A stretch of DNA of 64,000 bases, from positions 39,804,001 to 39,868,000 of the forward strand of contig OZ024750.1 in NCBI GenBank assembly GCA_964016885.1, read 5' to 3'. The notes beneath the pieces are model-generated. The model was not told the origin of the DNA, searched no databases, and saw only the letters and a list, made by a program, of their open reading frames with translations. Both the position numbers and the translations under genes were made by a program. Positions within the stretch are counted from its first letter, which is position 1; the number at the start of each line of letters is the position of its first letter. Below are positions 13,001 through 25,884 of the stretch, one piece after another. The stretch is from Eledone cirrhosa (taxonomy: Eukaryota).

Positions 13001-13871
13001 ACAGACATAAATATAATTTCAATAAATGCATTTACACTCATTAAGTTGTGGTATAAACACATTTTAAGGGCAATATTGTCCTAGAAGCAATACATGCTCT
13101 TGTTTAAGGTTTCAAAGGTTTAATATGACCTATTATACATTTCAAGATTTAAGGATTTAAAAAATTAAAATAGTTTTAAAAGGTCCTTCGGATCTCAGTA
13201 AAGCCGTTAATATGGGAGGGCCAAGATAAGGGTCTCCGGAGCTTAGTAAAGCTTCTATTATTGGAGGGTAAAGATTTATAAGGCTCTTCAGAGCCCAGTA
13301 AAACTGTTAATATTGGAGCCCTAATATTGATAAGGTTCTCTAGAGCTTAGTAAAGTAGTTGATATTGGAGGGTCAGGATTTTTAAGGGTCTCCAGAGCTT
13401 AGTAAAGCTGTTAATATGGGTAGTAAGTTGAGGTCAGCTGGCGGGTAGCCATGAAGAGAAAAAGATGTAGGGTGAAACTATGAAGTGACTAAGAGATAAT
13501 CGGTTCGAATGAGAGGAAGGGGAGATAAAATAAAGGAACCGATTGTAAGATCGGATCAAAAGAAACTATATTTCCATTGGTTTTTCAGTTACTGATACTA
13601 TCTGCCAGTCGCAACTACTGGCAGATGGAGGGACGGAATGCGGAAGAACAAAAACAGTATCAGTTGGTCCCCTTATCTGTAGCATATATTGAAATAGGAA
13701 TGTTACATAACAACTTTATAACTTAAAACGACGTCTGATGAAGTCGTGCTGGTGGTTGCGTGATGACTGCATTGCGTAATCATGAACGCCAAAGAAATAT
13801 GTATTACGGTAGATTCTGAATGAAATGAGTTATTAATTCCTACATCTGGCCTTTACAATTATCATTATCGG

Positions 13872-14067
13872 GCGGGAGGATTGGCAATACCGGTAGAAGG
13901 TCGGACGCCATGCTTTGCAGCATAGAGTTACGCCCCTTTATAATCTGAGTTCAAATCCCGCCGAGATTCACTTTGCCTTCCACCCTTTCGGGGTCGATAA
14001 AATAAAGTACCAGTAATGCACTGGAATAATTGCTGGCCTTGTGCCAAAAAGTAGAAACAATTATCAT
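13872..14067 (+). mobile_element. ~190-bp tRNA-derived SINE with Nin/Deu-like core
   Basis: A box TGGCAATACCGG, B box GAGTTCAAATC, core GCCTTCCACCCTTTCGGGGTCGATAAAATAAAGTACC; five copies in the window. Confidence 0.85.
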
Positions 14068-14069
14068 TA

Positions 14070-14115
<46 letters not shown>

Positions 14116-14400
14116 TAATCAGATTATGTGTTAGTTTGACACCAACACTTCAGTATGCAGGGTAGAGCACTCAACGAAGTCCACAAGAGGGTCTGTTAAC
14201 TCTGGAGTAAATTTATAAACAAGAGGTATAAGTCAACATTTCATAATTTACTTCTTTTATTACCGTTATATATATTATGTGATAGCCACAATTCAACAGC
14301 TATGACCTCTTCAGGTTGAAGCAACACATAGTAAACATTTTTAGGTGCAAAACCCATGGTATTCCTAACCGAATATATATATATATTTGTGTGTATGTGA

Positions 14401-14444
<44 letters not shown>

Positions 14445-14587
14445 TAACAGATTTCCTCCTATATATATATATATATAGGAGGAAATTTTTCAAATATTTC
14501 ATTATGTTTTAAATTGCCTTGTCTGACGAACGAATGCAGACGTTTCTTGTATTCGTCTTATTCGGGAAACCTCTGTATATATATATA

Positions 14588-14668
14588 CAAGGTGACCCCC
14601 AAAGAATGTATACACACTTTGATTAGAATGCTGTTGAAGTATATATGTATATTTGGGGGGACACTCTG
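14588..14668. mobile_element. Tiny Tc1/mariner-type MITE
   Basis: TIRs CAAGGTGACCCCCAAA / TTTGGGGGGACACTCTG flanked by TA. Confidence 0.7.
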
Positions 14669-14810
14669 TATATATAGAAAGCTCACATTACATATACCCA
14701 AAAGATGAATTTTGAGGCGTATTCTTCTTTTAAATAGAATTTCACGACTTTTGTATTTTGTATCATAGTTACTCCCCTTGTATCCTTAAAGTATTAAATT
14801 AATCGATATA

Positions 14811-14995
14811 GTGGTGGATTGGCAGTATCGGTAGAGGGTCGGACGCCATGCTTTCCAGCATAGTTACGTCCCTTTACGATCTGAGTTCAAATCCCGCCGA
14901 GGTTGACTTTGCCTTTCATCTTTACGGGGTCGATAAAATAAAGTACCAGTAATGCAATAGTAAATTGCTGGCCTTGTGCCTAAATTAGAAACAAT
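14811..14995 (+). mobile_element. ~190-bp Nin-like SINE
   Basis: Homologous to 13872-14067. Confidence 0.85.
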
Positions 14996-15549
14996 TAAAT
15001 TAATCGATATAGCTTTTTTTTTTAATATAAAAATTATGTAAAGCAATTTTAAATTAAATAAAGAACATAAATTTTCTGCGACAAAAGAATCTGTTTTTTA
15101 AAACTGTTCTTGTTGTTTAGCTCAGCTCAGATCATTGCAGAGATATTTGATTCAGTGAGTCTCGTTTTCAATACAGCAAACAGGGTCGGATTTTAGTAAA
15201 ATTTAGTTGATATTTCTAGCAGATCGAATGATCTCTAAAGGCTCCTGTGTTCATTCGATGTGTTTTAAGCTTTCTTTCAAATATCCACAAGTTTTCTGGA
15301 ATAAATTGTTTTGTTTTGTTATTTTTAAGCTGCGAAAATAGTTTGTTATATACTGTTTGGTTTCTTGGGTAATTATGAATTATCTCCCCTGGTTGTCGTC
15401 TGGAAGTTCACCAATTCCAGACCAGTGTCAGATTTATTAGAAATTACACAGTTGTACAGCAACATTGCGGAAGAATGGATTTTAAAACTTTAGAGTATAA
15501 TTCTATGTATTTTGAGGTGGGGTGGGGGGGGGATCGACTAGATCTGTCT

Positions 15550-15820
15550 TGAGCTCGGTGGCTCATCCGGCTGGAACTTAGCCCGGTTTTTCACCGAGAG
15601 TACAAGATTGGGGGTTAACCCTGGACAGGACGCCAGTCCATGGCAGGGTTAAATCCATCGTTATTACTGGTACTCATTTTCAGCTGAGTATACTGAAACA
15701 ACGTGAAATAAAGTGTTTCTAAAGCTCAAGAAGACAACACACAATCCAGTCCAGGAGTCTAACCGACGACATTATGATCGCAAGTCCAACACCCTTACCA
15801 CTGGGCAATTACATCCCCTA
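15550..15820 (-). mobile_element. tRNA-derived SINE whose 5' head seeds the adjacent satellite
   Basis: Body GTACTCATTTTCAGCTGAGT..CAACGTGAAATAAAGTGT is shared with the SINE at 47482; head runs into the satellite unit. Confidence 0.7.
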
Positions 15821-18800
15821 AATAGTTGGGGATGGAAGTCCAACACCCTTACCACTGGGCCATTACCTCCCCTAAATAGTTGGGGATCGAAGTCCAACAC
15901 CCTAACCACTGGGCCATTATATCCCCTAAATAGTTGGGGATCGAAGTCCAACACCCTTACCACTGGGTCATGTACCTCCCCTAAATAGTTGGGGATCGAA
16001 GTCCAACACCCTTACCACTGGGCCATTACATCCCCTAAATAGTTGGGGATCGAAGTCCAACACCCTTACCACTGGGTCATGTACCTCCCCTAAATAGTTG
16101 GGGATCGAAGTCCAACACCCTTACCACTGGGCCATTACATCCCCTAAATAGTTGGGGATCGAAGTCCAACACCCTTACCACTGGGTCATGTACCTCCCCT
16201 AAATAGTTGGGGATCGAAGTCCAACACCCTTACCACTGGGCCATTACCTCCCCTAAATAGTTGGGGATCGAAGTCCAACACCCTTACCACTGGGCCATTA
16301 CATCCCCTAAATAGTTGGGGATCGAAGTCCAACACCCTTACCACTGGGTCATGTACCTCCCCTAAATAGTTGGGGATGGAAGTCCAACACCCTTACCACT
16401 GGGCCATTACCTCCCCTAAATAGTTGGGGATCGAAGTCCAACACCCTTACCACTGGGTCATGTACCTCCCCTAAATAGTTGGGGATGGAAGTCCAACACC
16501 CTTACCACTGGGCCATTACATCCCCTAAATAGTTGGGGATCGAAGTCCAACACCCTTACCACTGGGTCATGTACCTCCCCTAAATAGTTGGGGATCGAAG
16601 TCCAACACCCTTACCACTGGGTCATGTACCTCCCCTAGATAGTTGGGGATGGAAGTCCAACAACCTTACCACTGGGTCATGTACCTCCCCTAAATAGTTG
16701 GGGATGGAAGTCCAACACCCTTACCACTGGGTCATGTACCTCCCCTAAATAGTTGGGGATCGAAGTCCAACACCCTTACCACTGGGCCATTACATCCCCT
16801 AAATAGTTGGGGATCGAAGTCCAACACCCTTACCACTGGGTCATGTACCTCCCCTAAATAGTTGGGGATGGAAGTCCAACACCCTTACCACTGGGCCATT
16901 ACATCCCCTAAATAGTTGGGGATCGAAGTCCAACACCCTTACCACTGGGTCATGTACCTCCCCTAAATAGTTGGGGATGGAAGTCCAACACCCTTACCAC
17001 TGGGTCATGTACCTCCCCTAGATAGTTGGGGATGGAAGTCCAACAACCTTACCACTGGGTCATGTACCTCCCCTAAATAGTTGGGGATGGAAGTCCAACA
17101 CCCTTACCACTGGGTCATGTACCTCCCCTAAATAGTTGGGGATGGAAGTCCAACACCCTTACCACTGGGTCATGTACCTCCCCTAAATAGTTGGGGATGG
17201 AAGTCCAACACCCTTACCACTGGGTCATGTACCTCCCCTAAATAGTTGGGGATGGAAGTCCAACACCCTTACCACTGGGCCATTACATCCCCTAAATAGT
17301 TGGGGATCGAAGTCCAACACCCTTACCACTGGGTCATGTACCTCCCCTAAATAGTTGGGGATCGAAGTCCAACACCCTTACCACTGGGCCATTACATCCC
17401 CTAAATAGTTGGGGATCGAAGTCCAACACCCTTACCACTGGGCCATTACATCCCCTAAATAGTTGGGGATCGAAGTCCAACACCCTTACCACTGGGCCAT
17501 TACATCCCCTAAATAGTTGGGGATCGAAGTCCAACACCCTTACCACTGGGCCATTACATCCCCTAAATAGTTGGGGATCGAAGTCCAACACCCTTACCAC
17601 TGGGCCATTACATCCCCTAAATAGTTGGGGATCGAAGTCCAACACCCTTACCACTGGGCCATTACATCCCCTAAATAGTTGGGGATCGAAGTCCAACACC
17701 CTTACCACTGGGCCATTACATCCCCTAAATAGTTGGGGATCGAAGTCCAACACCCTTACCACTGGGTCATGTACCTCCCCTGAATAGTTGGGGATCCAAG
17801 TCCAACACCCTTACCACTGGGCCATTACCTCCCCGAAATAGTTGGGGATGGAAGTCCAACACCCTTACCACTGGGTCATGTACCTCCCCTAAATAGTTGG
17901 GGATGGAAGTCCAACACCCTTACCACTGGGTCATGTACCTCCCCTAAATAGTTGGGGATGGAAGTCCAACACCCTTACCACTGGGTCATGTACCTCCCCT
18001 AAATAGTTGGGGATCGAAGTCCAACACCCTTACCACTGGGTCATGTACCTCCCCTAAATAGTTGGGGATCGAAGTCCAACACCCTTACCACTGGGTCATG
18101 TACCTCCCCTAAATAGTTGGGGATCGAAGTCCAACACCCTTACCACTGGGCCATTACATCCCCTAAATAGTTGGGGATCGAAGTCCAACACCCTTACCAC
18201 TGGGCCATTACATCCCCTAAATAGTTGGGGATCGAAGTCCAACACCCTTACCACTGGGCCATTACATCCCCTAAATAGTTGGGGATCGAAGTCCAACACC
18301 CTTACCACTGGGCCATTACATCCCCTAAATAGTTGGGGATCGAAGTCCAACACCCTTACCACTGGGTCATGTACCTCCCCTGAATAGTTGGGGATCCAAG
18401 TCCAACACCCTTACCACTGGGCCATTACCTCCCCTAAATAGTTGGGGATGGAAGTCCAACACCCTTACCACTGGGTCATGTACCTCCCCTAAATAGTTGG
18501 GGATGGAAGTCCAACACCCTTACCACTGGGCCATTACATCCCCTAAATAGTTGGGGATCGAAGTCCAACACCCTTACCACTGGGTCATGTACCTCCCCTA
18601 AATAGTTGGGGATGGAAGTCCAACACCCTTACCACTGGGTCATGTACCTCCCCTAAATAGTTGGGGATGGAAGTCCAACACCCTTACCACTGGGCCATTA
18701 CATCCCCTAAATAGTTGGGGATCGAAGTCCAACACCCTTACCACTGGGTCATGTACCTCCCCTAAATAGTTGGGGATGGAAGTCCAACACCCTTACCACT

Positions 18801-21800
18801 GGGTCATGTACCTCCCCTAAATAGTTGGGGATGGAAGTCCAACACCCTTACCACTGGGCCATTACATCCCCTGAATAGTTGGGGATCCAAGTCCAACACC
18901 CTTACCACTGGGCCATGTACCTCCCCTAAATAGTTGGGGATCGAAGTCCAACACCCTTACCACTGGGCCATTACATCCCCTGAATAGTTGGGGATCCAAG
19001 TCCAACACCCTTACCACTGGGCCATTACCTCCCCTAAATAGTTGGGGATCGAAGTCCAACACCCTTACCACTGGGTCATGTACCTCCCCTAAATAGTTGG
19101 GGATGGAAGTCCAACACCCTTACCACTGGGTCATGTACCTCCCCTAAATAGTTGGGGATGGAAGTCCAACACCCTTACCACTGGGTCATGTACCTCCCCT
19201 AAATAGTTGGGGATGGAAGTCCAACACCCTTACCACTGGGTCATGTACCTCCCCTAAATAGTTGGGGATGGAAGTCCAACACCCTTACCACTGGGCCATT
19301 ACATCCCCTAAATAGTTGGGGATCGAAGTCCAACACCCTTACCACTGGGCCATTACATCCCCTAAATAGTTGGGGATCGAAGTCCAACACCCTTACCACT
19401 GGGCCATTACATCCCCTAAATAGTTGGGGATCGAAGTCCAACACCCTTACCACTGGGCCATTACATCCCCTAAATAGTTGGGGATCGAAGTCCAACACCC
19501 TTACCACTGGGCCATTACATCCCCTAAATAGTTGGGGATCGAAGTCCAACACCCTTACCACTGGGTCATGTACCTCCCCTAAATAGTTGGGGATGGAAGT
19601 CCAACACCCTTACCACTGGGCCATTACCTCCCCTGAATAGTTGGGGATCCAAGTCCAACACCCTTACCACTGGGCCATTACCTCCCCTAAATAGTTGGGG
19701 ATCCAAGTCCAACACCCTTACCACTGGGTCATGTACCTCCCCTAAATAGTTGGGGATGGAAGTCCAACACCCTTACCACTGGGCCATTACATCCCCTAAA
19801 TAGTTGGGGATCGAAGTCCAACACCCTTACCACTGGGCCATTACATCCCCTAAATAGTTGGGGATCGAAGTCCAACACCCTTACCACTGGGCCATTACAT
19901 CCCCTAAATAGTTGGGGATCGAAGTCCAACACTCTTACCACTGGGCCATTACATCCCCTAAATAGTTGGGGATCGAAGTCCAACACTCTTACCACTGGGC
20001 CATCACATCCCCTAAATAGTTGGGGATGGAAGTCCAACACCCTTACCACTGGGTCATGTACCTCCCCTAAATAGTTGGGGATGGAAGTCCAACACCCTTA
20101 CCACTGGGTCATGTACCTCCCCTAAATAGTTGGGGATGGAAGTCCAACACCCTTACCACTGGGCCATTACATCCCCTAAATAGTTGGGGATCGAAGTCCA
20201 ACACCCTTACCACTGGGTCATGTACCTCCCCTAAATAGTTGGGGATGGAAGTCCAACACCCTTACCACTGGGCCATTACATCCCCTAAATAGTTGGGGAT
20301 CGAAGTCCAACACCCTTACCACTGGGCCATTACATCCCCTAAATAGTTGGGGATCGAAGTCCAACACCCTTACCACTGGGCCATTACATCCCCTAAATAG
20401 TTGGGGATCGAAGTCCAACACTCTTACCACTGGGCCATTACATCCCCTAAATAGTTGGGGATCGAAGTCCAACACTCTTACCACTGGGCCATTACATCCC
20501 CTAAGTAGTTGGGGATCGAAGTCCAACACCCTTACCACTGGGCCATTACATCCCCTAAATAGTTGGGGATCGAAGTCCAACACCCTTACCACTGGGCCAT
20601 TACATCCCCTAAATAGTTGGGGATCGAAGTCCAACACTCTTACCACTGGGCCATTACATCCCCTAAATAGTTGGGGATCGAAGTCCAACACCCTTACCAC
20701 TGGGCCATTACATCCCCTAAATAGTTGGGGATCGAAGTCCAACACCCTTACCACTGGGCCATTACCTCCCCTGAATAGTTGGGGATCGAAGTCCAACACC
20801 CTTACCACTGGGCCATTACCTCCCCTAAATAGTTGGGGATCGAAGTCCAACACCCTTACCACTGGGTCATGTACCTCCCCTAAATAGTTGGGGATGGAAG
20901 TCCAACACCCTTACCACTGGGCCATTACATCCCCTAAATAGTTGGGCATCGAAGTCCAACACCCTTACCACTGGGCCATTACATCCCCTAAATAGTTGGG
21001 GATCGAAGTCCAACACCCTTACCACTGGGCCATTACATCCCCTAAATAGTTGGGGATCGAAGTCCAACACCCTTACCACTGGGCCATTACATCCCCTGAA
21101 TAGTTGGGGATCCAAGTCCAACACCCTTACCACTGGGCCATTACATCCCCTAAATAGTTGGGGATCGAAGTCCAACACCCTTACCACTGGGCCATTACAT
21201 CCCCTGAATAGTTGGGGATCCAAGTCCAACACCCTTACCACTGGGCCATTACCTCCCCTAAATAGTTGGGGATCGAAGTCCAACACCCTTACCACTGGGC
21301 CATTACATCCCCTAAATAGTTGGGGATCGAAGTCCAACACCCTTACCACTGGGCCATTACATCCCCTAAATAGTTGGGGATCGAAGTCCAACACCCTTAC
21401 CACTGGGCCATTACATCCCCTAAATAGTTGGGGATCGAAGTCCAACACCCTTACCACTGGGCCATTACATCCCCTGAATAGTTGGGGATCCAAGTCCAAC
21501 ACCCTTACCACTGGGCCATTACCTCCCCTGAATAGTTGGGGATCCAAGTCCAACACCCTTACCACTGGGCCATTACATCCCCTGAATAGTTGGGGATCCA
21601 AGTCCAACACCCTTACCACTGGGCCATTACCTCCCCTAAATAGTTGGGGATCGAAGTCCAACACCCTTACCACTGGGCCATTACCTCCCCTGAATAGTTG
21701 GGGATCGAAGTCCAATACCCTTACCACTGGGCCATTACATCCCCTGAATAGTTGGGGATCCAAGTCCAACACCCTTACCACTGGGCCATTACCTCCCCTA

Positions 21801-21980
21801 AATAGTTGGGGATCGAAGTCCAACACCCTTACCACTGGGCCATTACCTCCCCTAAATAGTTGGGGATCGAAGTCCAATACCCTTACCACTGGGCCATTAC
21901 CTCCCCTAAATAGTTGGGGATCGAAGTCCAATACCCTTACCACTGGGTCATGTACCTCGCCTAAATAGTTGGGGATCGAT
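15780..21980. repeat. 54/55-bp satellite, roughly 114 copies
   Basis: Unit AAGTCCAACACCCTTACCACTGGGCCATTACATCCCCTAAATAGTTGGGGATCG with a few interleaved variants. Confidence 0.97.
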
Positions 21981-22077
21981 AATGGAAATAGAAAAATGTA
22001 TTTAAAAAGATATTATCAAGATATATGTATATGTGTGTGTGTGTGTTTCAGTATGTGAGTAATGTGTGTTTCAGTAT

Positions 22078-22256
22078 ATGGCACAAGGCCAGCAGAACCC
22101 CCAGTGCATTACTGGTGCTTTGTTTTATAGACCCCCGTAAGGATGAAGGGCAAAGTTAACCTCGGCGGGATTTGAACTCAGAACGTAAATGCCCATAACT
22201 CTATGCTGCAAAGCATCATGTCTAACGCTCTACCGATTCTGCCAATCCACCGCCGT
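22078..22256 (-). mobile_element. ~190-bp Nin-like SINE
   Basis: Reverse complement of the 13872 family. Confidence 0.85.
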
Positions 22257-22289
22257 AATGGAGGTATAGTCACGATGAAAACGTCGAGA

Positions 22290-25200
22290 CATTTTGTTCC
22301 CCTAATACGTTAACCCACGACACTATCATTCTAAGTCCAACAACCTTACTACACTTCCACTATATCTAATATTTGACTAGTGTTTATCTTATTATGCAAG
22401 GGAGACGCGCTGGAAAAGCCACTCCAACTCGCGGGGCTCACACCTACGGCTGGCCAGCTCAGCGCCTATGGTGGTGAGTAAGGAGGTAGCCCTGGGGCCG
22501 AGGACACCAGAAATTTCCACTGCCAGGGGAACGACCGCAAACCTGTCGGAGAGCGACCGGTATTTGAGGAGTTTGGCCCCCTCAGCCCGACGTGCAGCAG
22601 AACCTGGGTCAGTCGCAGACTGCACCAGGTTGCGGCTGCAGAAAGTGTCGGTGCAAGTGGCATCCCAGACGAGGGGTTTGCCACCGCGAAACGAGAAGAT
22701 GGTCATGCCATCTGGCCTTTTGCGGTCCCCTCGATCCAGCCCCACCGGCTCGAGCTGGGAAGGGAAGCCTGCAGCGTCCAAGCCATGCTTAATGACCTCG
22801 TTGAGAGCAGTATGGCGTGGAATGCGGCCGGCACTGTGGCGACAGGAAAGAGGGTGGAGGCCGAAAGAATCCACGGTGGAACCGCAGCGACATTGGTGTG
22901 GCTGGCAGATCCGGAGGCCGAACCTCTGGGAAACGCCGATTCGCAGGCTATGGTTGTCTAGCTGCGTGCCAGTGGAGAGGGAGGGCAGAGCATGGAGCCA
23001 GGCATCACTGTGGGGTTTGGAGGCCGCACGAAAACAAGCAAGGCGGTGCTGGTCGAGCTGGCGCGTGAGCCTGTCTGAGGCCAGGCTGCACTGGATGGCA
23101 TCCCAAGTGCGTTGGAGGGACTTGACGTCAACAGGGGGAGAAGGAGGAGGGTCGTCTACTGGGCTAAGTCCCAGCCGGTCCCACGTCTCACAGGCGGCCT
23201 CACGTTCTCTGAACACAGAGGGTTCTGTAGTGTTTTGAAGAACCCTGCTGACGAGGATGCGGCACGAGGTTACCGGCGAAAGATACGCCGGCAAAGCTAG
23301 TGAGATCGAGGACCGGAAACCTAGGCCACCATACCTGACCGGTAAAGTGGCCTGTTGCCACCCTATGTCGTCAAACTTGACGTTGCATATCCCCTCGGCT
23401 GCTGCTCGGATACAAGTATCGAGGTCAGCGAGGAGAAATGTCTGGGTGTAGCATGGAGCGCTGCGGAGTGTAAAGAGGAGCTTCGGCATGGCGAAGCAGT
23501 TCCTCAGCAGAAAGAGAGCTGGGTGGCCGTCAATCAAGCCCAGTCGGCTCGTGAGAGTCTGGAGCTGTTGAAGCCTGGACCTGATGGTGGAGCGGATGGC
23601 CGGCGGGTGGATCGGTGACCCGAGGATGAGGATATCCTCTTTGGGGGTCACCTGAACCTGGCGAAGAATGGACCGTACGTCCAAGACGGAGGCTGCAAAG
23701 CTCACAGCATCGAGGCTGACGTTCACCACCTCCGACTTGGCCGAGTTGACCTGGAGGCCGATTCCCGCCAGGGCAGGTATCACCGATTGAAGGTCTTTGC
23801 AGACCGTCCGTACGGGCCCGCTCATCATCCAGATACCAAACGTTGAGAGGGGCCGTGATACTCCGGGCGATGTGGTCAATACCAAGGGCGAACAGGAGGG
23901 GTCCCAAAGGGTCGCTCTGTTGGACCCCAGTAGCCGAGGGTATGACCGTATCAGCAGCTAGGAGCATGCTCGGGGCTCCATATGACAGGTAGGCCAGCGG
24001 GTAGGCAGAGAGGGCTCGGCTGAGGCAGGCCTCGAGCAGATGATCTCGGCGTAAAGAGTTAAAGGCATTCCTTCATGTCAAGCTTAACAATGAGGTGCCT
24101 GGAGACCCTGGATGGCGGTACCGATGGGCAGCTGCTGAAGAACTGCCTGATTGCATGAGAGGCTCCCTCACAGCCACCGGACACGCCAACACCCAGTTGC
24201 ACCGGACTAAACTCCTCACCCAGTTAATGTGTGACGGACTTGCAGATCACCTTGGCAGCCAGCCTCCGGAAGACATTGCCCACAGCAATGGGGCGTATGC
24301 CACCCTCTTTCTTCCTGAGAGCGGTGAGGCTGGCCGAAAAAAAGTGGCCTCGGGCGTAAGGGTCGAGGGCACCATGAATGAGCCTATTGGTGAGCGTCAC
24401 AATTGCACTCAGAAGGCGGCGCCCGGCCTCAGCGGAGAGGGGGGATGTCAACTCCTTGAGGTGGCCTGGTCGGAGATCATCAACACCTCCGCAGATGCTA
24501 GCTGGGAAGGACCTGATGGCGGACATGATATCTGCATCAGTAGCCACAAGGAGCAGGTGGGAGTCGGGTGGGGGTATGGGTCTGAGATCAGTGGGTCGCT
24601 CAGGGTGTTTGAGCCGCAGAGCAACCAGGATCTCCTCGGTGGGTTGGAGGACAATGTCCTCTGAGGCAACAACTCTGACTGCGTCCGAGACATCACCCAT
24701 GATAAGCTTTGCGTTTACCTGGTCACGCAAACGCTTGGCGCTGGCCTCGGGGGTGGTGGATAGGGGGTACCTAAGGGTGGGGTGTGTGGCGTCCCTGGGC
24801 ACGCTTGGAATGGGCGCTCGCCCAAATGACGAGACATTGGCCTTGACGAAGGCTGCTGCTGACCGGCCGCCCCGGTCAACACCAGAGCTGGGGAGGCCGA
24901 GGGCGAGTGGGGTGAAATAGAACAGCCGCTCCCAGTCACTGGCTCGATTGGAGTCCAGGGCGCTCTAAATCGAGGAAGCAAGGGCATCGGCCACCAGCAC
25001 CCCTGCCACTCTCGGGATCTTGAGTTGGATCTTCCGGAGCCGCCTGAGCCGAGCGATGTTGACCAGCAAGGCTCGGGCGTCAGGCAAGCTCGCTGTCCCA
25101 TCTGGTGGTGTGCCAAACAGCCGTGGCTGGGAAGACGTGGGGAAGAGGCAGCTCCTGCACCTCCACGCTGCGAGGGCATTGGAAACTCGACGAGTCAAGC

Positions 25201-25490
25201 CAACGCAGGTGAGGTGGTGGAAGCAGCCGCACCCCAAACAGTTCCGGCCCCTCTTCCGTTTGTTAGTAGTGCCACAAGTGCTGCAGGTGTCGATTTGGAG
25301 GGGTGGGGGATGAAGCGTGGGGCCGGGGACTGGGGCACCGAGCGGCATCAGGGGTGGGTGGCTGGTGTGTGTGGTTGGAAGGGAAAGTGCTGGTAAGAGG
25401 GCAGCATAGCTCACCTATATATATGGAGGTGCCAGAAAACGAGAGCGAAAAGGGGCTGCATGGAGGGGGAGACACAGGAAGGTAGAATGG
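22290..25490 (-). mobile_element. Near full-length, frameshifted CRE-clade-like non-LTR retrotransposon (PHD finger - RT - RLE)
   Basis: PHD-like CSTC..CLGC..FHHLTC..WRCRSC; RT motifs ALRKKEGGIRPIAVGNVFRRLAAK, GVQQSDPLGPLLF, WYLDD; CRC..HPLSC knuckle, RH, KRPDG..WDATC RLE; GC-rich relative to flanks. Confidence 0.88.
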
Positions 25491-25884
25491 CAGTAAATGA
25501 GTGAGTGAATGGTGCGCGTGTGTATTTGTATGTATGTGTGTGTGTGTATGTATGTGTGTGTATGTATACGTTTTTGTGATTGTGTGTTTGTGGTGGTGTG
25601 GTTGGTAATATTGGCGGTATTAGCGATGATGGTGGTGGTGGGAGTGTGTGGATGGTGGTGGTGGTGGTGGTGGTGGTGGTGGTGGGTGGTTGTGATGACG
25701 GTGTGGTTATTGTGGGTGGTGATGGTGTTGGTGATGATGGTGATTGTGGTGGAGGTGGTTGTACTGAATGGTGGCAGTATATTAATGGTGGTGGGTGTTG
25801 TGGTGGTAGTGGCAGTGGTAGTGGTGGTAGTGGTGGTGGAAGATAAAAGTGTTTAATTACAGCTATTGTACATACTTAAGAATG

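Noticed and set aside
15780-21980. CRISPR-like array or repeat-protein ORFs (VVRVLDFDPQLFRG)n
   Set aside because: No unique spacers, no cas genes, eukaryotic context; the ORFs arise because 54 is divisible by 3
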